A stretch of DNA of 64,000 nucleotides from positions 225,584 through 289,583 of the forward strand of contig JAJYVH010000001.1 in the NCBI GenBank assembly GCA_021792095.1. The letters run 5' to 3'. Positions 27,756 to 36,124 of the stretch are shown here, in pieces. The notes beneath the pieces are model-generated. The model made no database searches, was not told the origin of the DNA, and worked only from the letters and a program-made list of their open reading frames with translations. A program made the position numbers and the translations under genes. The first letter of the stretch is position 1. The number at the start of each line of letters is the position of its first letter. This DNA is from Candidatus Micrarchaeota archaeon. GTDB lineage: Archaea > Micrarchaeota > Micrarchaeia > Micrarchaeales > CABMGC01.

Positions 27756-28496
27756 TCAGGCGATGCTGACTGCGTTCTCCTGCGCAAATATCGCCTGCAC
27801 CTCTTCCTTGCCCATCTGCTTGAGTGCCTTGCCGCAGCCCTCGCACTTGAAGCCGGCCTCGAAGGCAGCATCGAAAGGCAGTATTATCTTCTGGTCTTCG
27901 TAGCACTTCGCGCAGTAGAAGAAGTCGTTACAGTTCTCTGGCATCTTGTGGCTGTCGTCATCATGCTTGTCGTTGGTAATGCTGTTGTGCAGTTCCTCGA
28001 GCTTGTCGGCGTCGATGTGCCACACGAAAGTGAGCCAGCCCTTGCTGTCCTTGTTGGCATCGTAGCGCGCTATGCCGTAGCTGTCTAGCATGTTGAGTAT
28101 GCGCCTGACCTCGTTTATCTTTATGCCCAGCGCCGCAGCAAGCTTCTCATCAGTAGGGTACTCGGGCAGCATCTTGGCTATGTTTATCGCCTTCTTGCCT
28201 ATGTTCTTCGATATGAACTCGGAGAAAACAACATTCTCAAGGAGTGCGTTTACGTCGGGCCTGCGTTCCTGCGCAATCGGAGTTGCAGAGGCATGTTTCG
28301 CTGCGTTTGCAGTGCGTGTGTTGGGGTTGCGGTATGCCGTATGTACTGTAACTCTAGATTTCAGCTTCGGCCTGCTGCTCGCGCCCGCCTTCCTGGCGGC
28401 CGCCTTCTTCCTCAAAACTGCCTTAACGCGTGCGGGAGCACGCACTGTGCGATGCGCAGTAGCGCCGCGTAGTTTGTTGTTTTTACGATAGTTCAT
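27756..28496 (-). CDS. tfe: Transcription factor E (TFIIE-alpha homologue) with basic N-terminal extension
   Basis: TDEKLA..LGIKINEVRRILN.L...KGWLTFVW winged helix; FFYC..C...FKC..CG zinc ribbon. Confidence 0.88.
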   Translation of the reverse strand: MNYRKNNKLRGATAHRTVRAPARVKAVLRKKAAARKAGASSRPKLKSRVTVHTAYRNPNTRTANAAKHASATPIAQERRPDVNALLENVVFSEFISKNIGKKAINIAKMLPEYPTDEKLAAALGIKINEVRRILNMLDSYGIARYDANKDSKGWLTFVWHIDADKLEELHNSITNDKHDDDSHKMPENCNDFFYCAKCYEDQKIILPFDAAFEAGFKCEGCGKALKQMGKEEVQAIFAQENAVSIA

Positions 28497-28767
28497 TAAC
28501 GCACCACAAGACTAGTTTTCCTCAAACAAAACATTTCCTTTGATTTCCAGCCAACTCCCTAAGCCACAATAAGTTATGCACGCTCTTATATTTAAATAGT
28601 CCTTTATTTTGCAAAATTTACACAATGTTTGTTATTCTGCGCACGTGGCTTTCGTTCCGTCAGCACAAACATATTATGCGCTTCCTGATATTTATACCCT
28701 ACTGGTTTTCCGCAGCAAGCGAGTCGCCGTCCGGAGTTCCTGGCATCCGCTGGCGCGCAAAATGATG

Positions 28768-28842
28768 CGGGCTCGGAGGGATTCGGACCCTCGACTTGCT
28801 GGTTAAGAGCCAGCCACTCTGACCAAACTGAGTTACGAGCCC
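28768..28842 (-). tRNA. tRNA-Lys(CTT)
   Basis: GGGCTCG/CGAGCCC stem, CT-CTT-AA loop. T-loop reads TCCGAAT. Confidence 0.93.
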
Positions 28843-30179
28843 ATGCCTCGTTTCTTTACCCTGTCGCTTATGAATCTCTCTATTATAGAATCAAATTCCT
28901 TTCCGTGCGGGCGTATCTCGTATGAGACCTGCACTATAGGCTTGTTAGCATTTATTATACTTCTTAGGTTTGTTGGGGTGGCAGAAAGCACGACATCGCA
29001 GTCAGCCCTGTTTATCACAGCCTCCAGATCGTGCACCTGCTTTGGGCTGTAGCCCATCGCCGGCAGTTCTTTATCCAGGGCAGGGTACTTGGAGAACGTT
29101 TCCTTCAGCGTGCCGACCGCATACTTCTTCGCCTCAACAACAGAGCGCACGCCGTACTTCTTGGCGGCAACACTGCCCGCGCCTATGCGCATGCCCCCGT
29201 GCGTTATCGTGGGGCCGTCCTCCACTATCAGCGCCCTGCTGCCCTTCAGTATGCGCTCGTTATCCACAGTTACCGGTGAATCCGAGAGTACCACCTTCGC
29301 CTTTGGGTTAAGCTGCTTTAGGTCGCGTCTCACTCTTTCTACCTCCGCCTTGGTGGCTGTGTCCGCCTTGTTTATCAGGAACACATCGGCCATCCTGGCT
29401 ACCATCTCACCGGGGTAATATGTGAGTTCGTTCCCGGCCCTGAGCGGATCCGCTACTGTTATGAGCAAGTCCGGTTCGATGAACGAAGCGTCGTTATTGC
29501 CGCCGTCCCAAATAATCACATCTGCCTCCTTCTCAGCCTGCCTTAGTATCCTGCCGTAATCCACGCCAGCGTACACCACGAATCCGTTCCTTATGTGTGG
29601 TTCGTAATCCTCGCGTTCCTCTATCGTGGCCTTGTACCTGTCAAGGTCCTTGAGCGTGGCGAACCTCTCCACAATCTGCTCCTTCAAATCGCCGTACGGC
29701 ATCGGGTGCCTTATGGCGACAGTCTTGATGCCAAGTTTCCTGAGGAGCCGCATTATGTACCTGGACGTGGGGCTCTTCCCCGAGCCCGTCCTTACGGCGC
29801 AGACGGCGATGACAGGCTTGCTCGACTTCAGCATCGAATCCTGAGGTGCAAGCATTGTAAAGTCCCCTCCTGCTGCATTGACCCAGCTCGCCTTCTCCAT
29901 AACTGTCTGGTAGCTCAGGTCGCTGTATGCCAGTATGCAGACCACAGGCCCTTTCTGCTTCTTTATCAGCTGTGGCAGCTGCGCCTCGTCGTATATCTTT
30001 ATCCCCTTAGGATAGAGCCTGCCGCTAAGCTCCTTCGGGTATGTCTTGTCTGCTATGAATGGAATCTGTGTGGCCGTGAACGCAACAACATCATACGCTG
30101 GATTGTCGCGGAAAAGCACGTTGAACGTGTGGAAGTCGCGGCCCGCTGCCCCCATGATGATTATTTTTTCCCTTTCCAA
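28833..30179 (-). CDS. COG2403-like P-loop GTPase (cyclic 2,3-diphosphoglycerate synthetase family)
   Basis: IMGAAGRDFH, AVRTGSGKS, RHPMPYG, IEEREDYE, WDGGNND, VEDGPT. Start placed at TTG 30179. Confidence 0.85.
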   Translation of the reverse strand: MEREKIIIMGAAGRDFHTFNVLFRDNPAYDVVAFTATQIPFIADKTYPKELSGRLYPKGIKIYDEAQLPQLIKKQKGPVVCILAYSDLSYQTVMEKASWVNAAGGDFTMLAPQDSMLKSSKPVIAVCAVRTGSGKSPTSRYIMRLLRKLGIKTVAIRHPMPYGDLKEQIVERFATLKDLDRYKATIEEREDYEPHIRNGFVVYAGVDYGRILRQAEKEADVIIWDGGNNDASFIEPDLLITVADPLRAGNELTYYPGEMVARMADVFLINKADTATKAEVERVRRDLKQLNPKAKVVLSDSPVTVDNERILKGSRALIVEDGPTITHGGMRIGAGSVAAKKYGVRSVVEAKKYAVGTLKETFSKYPALDKELPAMGYSPKQVHDLEAVINRADCDVVLSATPTNLRSIINANKPIVQVSYEIRPHGKEFDSIIERFISDRVKKRGMGS

Positions 30180-30321
30180 ATGCTCGCCGATTATAACTTG
30201 AGTTCCTATAGGTAATAATACCTTCCGCGTGCGCCGCATTGCCGATTCCGACGACAATTTTACGACGACAAAATGCTCCGCAAAGCTTTATATTGGTTGA
30301 ATTGGCATCATTATCCCATAG

Positions 30322-32244
30322 GTGCCTAGTGATAGCATGCAGCAGGATGAGGAATACGACGCTTCAAAGATAATAGTGCTCGAGGGCGCTCAGGGCATCA
30401 GAAAGAGGCCCGCTATGTACATAGGCACCACCAGCAGCGCAGGCGTGCTCCATCTTCTCTTCGAGGTGCTCGACAACGCAGTGGATGAGGCCCTGGCAGG
30501 CTACGCCAAGAACATAACGGTGCGCCTGTCCCAGAACGATACCGCGGACATAGCAGAGGTGAGCGACGATGGCAGGGGCATACCTGTCGGTATGATACCG
30601 AAGTACGGAAAGAGCGCCCTGGAGATAGTAATGACCACCCTTCACAAAGGGGCCAAGTTCGATAACAAGATATACAAGATATCTGGAGGCCTGCACGGAG
30701 TGGGGCTCACGGTAGTAAACGCGCTATCCGAGTACACCGAGGTCACTGTAAAGACCGAAGGCAAGGCGTACAGACAAACGTTCTCAAAGGGCAATGTCCG
30801 GACCCCGCTCGAGGTTCTCGGCGAGACGAAGGAGACGGGCACCACTGTGAAGTTCAAGCCTGACGCTAGCATCTTTCCGTCGCCGAAATTCGACTCTGCC
30901 CTGCTGAAGGACAGGCTCAGGTACACTGCTTTCCTCAACCCCGGCCTCAGGATAAAGCTCATAGACGACAGGTTCAACGCCCATGAGGAATCAGCTTTCT
31001 TCTCCCAGAACGGGCTCGAGGACTTTCTGCGCCACATCAACAAGGAGCAAGAGGCGATAAGCTCCATAATACGTGATAAGAGGCAGGGAGACGGCGTATC
31101 TGTGGAATTCGCGCTCCAGTACGTTAACACGTACGAGGAACGCCTTGAATCTTTTGTAAACGATATACGCACGCCCGAGGGCGGAACCCATGTAATCGGG
31201 TTTCACAGCGGCCTCTCGAGAGCAGTCATAGGCTACGCGAGCAGGAACCAGAACCACAAACCAGATTTCAAGCTTACCGGTGACGACACGCGCGAGGGCC
31301 TTACTGCGATAGTCAGCGTCTTCATGCAAAATCCCGAATTCGAGGGGCAGACCAAGGAGAAACTCGGGAACTCTGCAGTGAAGAGCCTGGTAGAGGCCAG
31401 CGTGTACGCATCGCTCTCCAGATACCTGGAGGAACATCCGGCAGAGGCCAGGAAGATATCTGAGAAGGCAATCAATGCGATGAACGCGAGGGAGAGTGCC
31501 AGGCGCGCCCGCGAACTGGCCAGGCAGAAGAATGTATTTGAGAGCGCTGTGCTGCCAGGTACGCTCGCCGACTGCATAGACGACGATCCCGAGCGCACGG
31601 AGCTTTTCATAGTGGAGGGAAAGAGCGCAGGCGGCTCGAGCAAGGAGGGCAGGGACAAGCAGGTGCAGGCGATACTTCCGCTCAGGGGCAAGATACTCAA
31701 TGTGGAGAAGGCAGGCGACGAGCGCGTCTTTAGCAGCGCTGCCCTCAACATGCTGGTCACTGCTCTTGGCACAGGCATTAAAGAGACTTTCAACCCAGGG
31801 AAGGTCAGGTACAAGAAGATAATCATAATGAGCGATGCTGATGTGGACGGCGAGCACATCCGCACGCTGCTGCTCACTTTCTTCTACAGGTTCATGCCCA
31901 AGCTCATAGAGAATGGCTACGTGTACATAGCCCAGCCGCCGCTCTACAAAGTGTCTGCAGGCAAGAGTATGGCCTACTGCTACACCGATGATGAGCTCCA
32001 GGCCAAGAGGAAGGAGTACGACGGCAAGATGGAGGTGCAGAGGTACAAGGGCCTCGGAGAGATGAATGCGGAGCAGCTCTGGGATACTACGATGAACCCA
32101 TCGAACAGGATACTCAAAAGAGTGAACATAACGGACGCGGAGCGCGCCAACACATTGTTCTCCGTGCTCATGGGCGTGGATGTGGGCCAGAGGAGGAAGT
32201 TCCTCGAGGAACACTCCGGCGATGTGAAGTTCCTTGACGTGTAG
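30322..32244 (+). CDS. gyrB: DNA gyrase subunit B
   Basis: RKRPAMYIG, DNAVDE, GGLHGVG, VEG.SAGG, DADVDG, QRYKGLGEM. Confidence 0.97.
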   Translation: MPSDSMQQDEEYDASKIIVLEGAQGIRKRPAMYIGTTSSAGVLHLLFEVLDNAVDEALAGYAKNITVRLSQNDTADIAEVSDDGRGIPVGMIPKYGKSALEIVMTTLHKGAKFDNKIYKISGGLHGVGLTVVNALSEYTEVTVKTEGKAYRQTFSKGNVRTPLEVLGETKETGTTVKFKPDASIFPSPKFDSALLKDRLRYTAFLNPGLRIKLIDDRFNAHEESAFFSQNGLEDFLRHINKEQEAISSIIRDKRQGDGVSVEFALQYVNTYEERLESFVNDIRTPEGGTHVIGFHSGLSRAVIGYASRNQNHKPDFKLTGDDTREGLTAIVSVFMQNPEFEGQTKEKLGNSAVKSLVEASVYASLSRYLEEHPAEARKISEKAINAMNARESARRARELARQKNVFESAVLPGTLADCIDDDPERTELFIVEGKSAGGSSKEGRDKQVQAILPLRGKILNVEKAGDERVFSSAALNMLVTALGTGIKETFNPGKVRYKKIIIMSDADVDGEHIRTLLLTFFYRFMPKLIENGYVYIAQPPLYKVSAGKSMAYCYTDDELQAKRKEYDGKMEVQRYKGLGEMNAEQLWDTTMNPSNRILKRVNITDAERANTLFSVLMGVDVGQRRKFLEEHSGDVKFLDV

Positions 32245-32251
32245 TGATTGC

Positions 32252-34678
32252 TTGGTGGATGTAAAGAATGTAGTGCTTGAGGAAGAGCTGCAGTCCAGCT
32301 ACCTGGACTACGCGATGAGCGTAATCATAGGCAGGGCCATACCTGACGCGAGGGACGGCCTTAAGCCGGTACAGAGGAGGATACTGTACACGATGCTCGA
32401 TTTGGGCAACACGCACGACAAGCCGACGCAGAAGAGCGCTAAGATAGTGGGGGCCGTAATGGGGCGCTTCCATCCCCACGGAGACATGGCGATATACGAC
32501 GCTCTCGCGCGTATGGCGCAGCCGTTCGCGATGAACCATACGCTCGTGGAAGGGCAGGGCAATTGGGGTTCTATCGACGGCGATCCTCCTGCTGCCATGC
32601 GATATACAGAGGCAAGGCTCTCCAGGCTGTCCGATGAGGTGCTCGCCGACCTCGACAAGGACACCGTAAACTTTGTCCCAAATTTCGACAATACAGAGGA
32701 AGAGCCCGAGACGCTTCCGACCAAGTTTCCGAACCTGCTCGTCAACGGAGCTTCGGGGATAGCTGTAGGCGTGGCGACCAGCATACCGCCGCACAACCTT
32801 GCCGAGGTGTGCGATGCTGTGCTCTGTGTTCTGGGCAACAAGGAGGCCACGATAGACGACGTGCTCGCAAGGATTAAGGGGCCCGACTTCCCCACCGGAG
32901 GCATAGCGATAATGAGCCAGAATGCCGCAAATGGGTACAAGTACGGCAGGGGGCAGCTGACAGTCAGGGGCAGGGCGAACGTCGACGCGGAGAAAGGCAG
33001 GATAACAATAACCGAGATACCGTACAACGTGAACAAGGCGGCCCTGATGGAGAGCATAGCCGACATGGCCAGGGCGAAGAGGGTGGTCGGCGTGCGCGAT
33101 CTTAGGGACGAGAGCGACAGGAACGGCATAAGCATAGTGATAGAATTGACACGCGACGCAAACGCGGAGCAGATACTCAACCAACTCTACAAACACACGC
33201 AGCTCGAAACCACGTTCCCGCTAATAAGCCTCGCAGTCACCGGCAACGTGCTCAAGAGCTTCAGCGTGCTGCAACTGCTCGGCACTTTCATCAACTACAG
33301 GAGAGGCGTGGTGACGAAGAGAAGCCAGCACGAGCTAAAGGTTGCGAGGGAGAGGCTGCACATAGTGGAGGGCCTGCAGGTGGCCATATCGAGAATAGAC
33401 GATGTGGTTGCAGCGATAAGGGGCAGCAATGAGGTCGCAGAGGCGAGGAGCAAGCTGATGTCCGGCTTCTCTCTCACAGAGAAGCAGGCGTCAGCGATAC
33501 TGGACATGAAGCTCAGCAGGCTGACGCAGCTCGAGAAAGGCGCGCTGGACAAGGAAGCGGTAGAGCTCGGAGTAAGCATCAAGCATTACTCGGATGTGCT
33601 CGCCGACTCCGCAAAGATAGACGCGATAATCAAGGAGGAGATGCTAGAGCTGAAGAAGAAGTACGGCAGGCCCAGAAGGACAGAGATAGTGCACATGGAC
33701 GAGGAGGTCACCATACAGGACGAGGACCTCATAAACGACGACGAAGTGAGCGTGATACTCACAGCGTCAGGCTATGTCAAGCGTATGGGCACCGTCAACT
33801 ACAAGGAGCAGGAGAGGGGAGGCAAAGGGATAATAGCGATGAACCTTAAGGAGGGCGACTTCGTAAAGCACATGATAACGCTGCGAAACAAGGACTACAT
33901 CCTGTTCCTGTCCACCAAGGGCAGGCTCTATTGGCTCAAGGCGTACAGCGTGCCGGAGGGCAGCAGGTACTCGGAGGGCAGGGCCATAGCAAACCTGCTT
34001 AACCTCAAGGATGAGGGCATAGTCACCATGTTCCGGATCAAGGACTTCGAGACGTCGAGCATATTCTTCATAACTGCGAAAGGCAAGATAAAAAGGACAA
34101 GCGCGAAGCTCTTCTCCAAGCCGAGGGTCACCGGCGTGCATGCGATATCGCTCAACGAGGGCGACGAGATAGCCGACGCCATAGTGGTCAAGGACCAGAA
34201 GTACATAATCATAGCAACGAAAAACGGCAAGTCTATAAGGTTCAGCGTCGATGACGTGCGCCCCATGGGGCGCTCCGCGGCGGGCGTAAGGGGCATAAGG
34301 ACGCACGAGGGCGACAGCGCCAAGAATATAATCGCAGCAGGCGACGAAGGCAGCGTGCTAACCGTTTCGGAGAAGGGCTACGGCAAGATAACTGACGTGG
34401 CCGAGTACAGGATGCAGGGCAGGGGAGGCGGAGGCGTAATAAACCTAAAGGTTAACGACAAGACGGGGCCCGTGGCCAAGGTGCTGTTCCTGAACAAGGA
34501 GCCCAAGCTGCTGCTGATAAATTCGAAGGGAGTGAGCATAATGATTCCTACTGCTTCCATACGCGTCACAGGCAGGGCCGCCAGCGGCGTGAGACTCATG
34601 AAAACGGAGCCCGGAGCAAAGGTAATAGACGCCAGGCTTATGTTGGACTCCGAGGTGGGCGCCAATGGCAATAACTAA
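32252..34678 (+). CDS. gyrA: DNA gyrase subunit A
   Basis: YAMSVIIGRA, HPHGD, AAMRYTE, GyrA-box-like QERGGKG and CTD repeats. Confidence 0.97.
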   Translation: MVDVKNVVLEEELQSSYLDYAMSVIIGRAIPDARDGLKPVQRRILYTMLDLGNTHDKPTQKSAKIVGAVMGRFHPHGDMAIYDALARMAQPFAMNHTLVEGQGNWGSIDGDPPAAMRYTEARLSRLSDEVLADLDKDTVNFVPNFDNTEEEPETLPTKFPNLLVNGASGIAVGVATSIPPHNLAEVCDAVLCVLGNKEATIDDVLARIKGPDFPTGGIAIMSQNAANGYKYGRGQLTVRGRANVDAEKGRITITEIPYNVNKAALMESIADMARAKRVVGVRDLRDESDRNGISIVIELTRDANAEQILNQLYKHTQLETTFPLISLAVTGNVLKSFSVLQLLGTFINYRRGVVTKRSQHELKVARERLHIVEGLQVAISRIDDVVAAIRGSNEVAEARSKLMSGFSLTEKQASAILDMKLSRLTQLEKGALDKEAVELGVSIKHYSDVLADSAKIDAIIKEEMLELKKKYGRPRRTEIVHMDEEVTIQDEDLINDDEVSVILTASGYVKRMGTVNYKEQERGGKGIIAMNLKEGDFVKHMITLRNKDYILFLSTKGRLYWLKAYSVPEGSRYSEGRAIANLLNLKDEGIVTMFRIKDFETSSIFFITAKGKIKRTSAKLFSKPRVTGVHAISLNEGDEIADAIVVKDQKYIIIATKNGKSIRFSVDDVRPMGRSAAGVRGIRTHEGDSAKNIIAAGDEGSVLTVSEKGYGKITDVAEYRMQGRGGGGVINLKVNDKTGPVAKVLFLNKEPKLLLINSKGVSIMIPTASIRVTGRAASGVRLMKTEPGAKVIDARLMLDSEVGANGNN

Positions 34679-35240
34679 GGCGATCATCGTCCACGGTGCG
34701 GGAGGCTCGCCGCAGGAGAACTGGTTCCCATGGCTCAAGGCAGAGCTTGAGAAACTAAAGCTTACTGTGATAGTGCCCCAATTCCCATCAGGCGAAAGGC
34801 ACAGCCTGTCGGACTGGATGTATGAATTCAGCAGATGGAAAAACGCCGTGGACGAGCAGACTATGATGATAGGCCACAGCGTGGGGCCTGCGTTCATACT
34901 CAACTTCCTGGAGAGGAGCGGAACAGGGATAGCTGCCGCATTCCTTGTGGCTCCGTTCGTAGGCAAGCTCGGGATAGAGCGGTTTGACCTGGCCAACGCC
35001 ACGTTCACGGAGCACCAGTTCAACTGGGCAAGGATAAAGGAGCACTGCAGGACTTTCTTCGTATACAGTTCGGACAACGATCCGTACGTGCCGATAGAGA
35101 AGGGCGAATTTCTGAGCGCGAAGCTGGATGCGAGATTCAAATTGGTCCGCGGAGCCGGCCATTTCAACGCGGAAGCCGGTTACACTCGCTTCCCGATGCT
35201 ACTTGACGACGTAAAGGCGCTCGTTTTCAGCGCTTCTTAA
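34665..35240 (+). CDS. RBBP9/YdeN-type alpha/beta hydrolase
   Basis: IVHG..NWFPWL, GHSVG, SDNDPYVP, AGHFN. Confidence 0.9.
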   Translation: MAITKAIIVHGAGGSPQENWFPWLKAELEKLKLTVIVPQFPSGERHSLSDWMYEFSRWKNAVDEQTMMIGHSVGPAFILNFLERSGTGIAAAFLVAPFVGKLGIERFDLANATFTEHQFNWARIKEHCRTFFVYSSDNDPYVPIEKGEFLSAKLDARFKLVRGAGHFNAEAGYTRFPMLLDDVKALVFSAS

Positions 35241-35242
35241 TC

Positions 35243-36064
35243 TCAAAGCAAACCATGAGCATCCCTGAAAGTGATTATGTCTTCATCATCGTTCTCGATT
35301 CGAAGTATTGAAGTATCAGCTCTCTGCGTGCCATTTTTGCCAAGTTTCTCAAAAACGTCGAATGCCAGGACTATTGCAGGAACTATTGGTATGCTCCCGT
35401 ATCTGCGTTCTAGGATGTTTTGCCTGCGTGCGGCCGCAAGCTGTATCGCGTCCTCTTTCTTCCCATTCTCAATCCTTTGCGCTTCTGGGTATTCTGACAC
35501 TGTTATGTCGTCTATGCCCAGCATGCGCAGATTGGTCTTCACGCCCTGGATGTGCAGAGGGTGCGTAACCACTACCTGAATGCCCCCTTTGTCAGCCACT
35601 CTTGGCGCGTCTGCGGCAACTACCTGCGCGAACATGAGCTCGCGAGCTGGCGAAACCCATGCCCGAAGCCAATCAAACCTGACTTTAAGCTCTTCAGCCC
35701 GATCGCCGGTCGTGACTTCTAACGCCTGGATTGTCCAATCCCTAAATTCGCGTGCATAAAGGTATCTGAACTCTATCTCTTGGTCCAGGCCGCGCAATTC
35801 GAAGCCGAGGGAGAAGGCCGTTTGATAAAATGGCTTGTAGTTATCCGCAGGGGCCCAATGCTCCTCTAGGCCGATGCCCCTCCAAAATTCATCGAAAGTT
35901 ATCTTCCCTCTCAAGACCGCCTCTGCGCTTTTCTCCATCCAGCCGCGAGGCAGCGCCTCGTGGTATATCGTTGCCTTATCCCGCGGCAAGCCAGCCAGCA
36001 GCTCCGTGTTCCTGTCCAACGAGTTCTTCTCGCTGTGGTTTTCTCCGTATATGAGTGTCTTCAT
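35243..36064 (-). CDS. Hypothetical protein (weak ChaN/TIKI/EreA-like GE.H start)
   Basis: 273-aa ORF; LIYGENH, HEAL and GLD motifs. Confidence 0.6.
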   Translation of the reverse strand: MKTLIYGENHSEKNSLDRNTELLAGLPRDKATIYHEALPRGWMEKSAEAVLRGKITFDEFWRGIGLEEHWAPADNYKPFYQTAFSLGFELRGLDQEIEFRYLYAREFRDWTIQALEVTTGDRAEELKVRFDWLRAWVSPARELMFAQVVAADAPRVADKGGIQVVVTHPLHIQGVKTNLRMLGIDDITVSEYPEAQRIENGKKEDAIQLAAARRQNILERRYGSIPIVPAIVLAFDVFEKLGKNGTQRADTSILRIENDDEDIITFRDAHGLL

Positions 36065-36124
36065 AATCGGCCTTGCTTCGCTCCCTTTAAATAAATTGAC
36101 TTTAGCTGCCGAAGCCGGAGCGCG

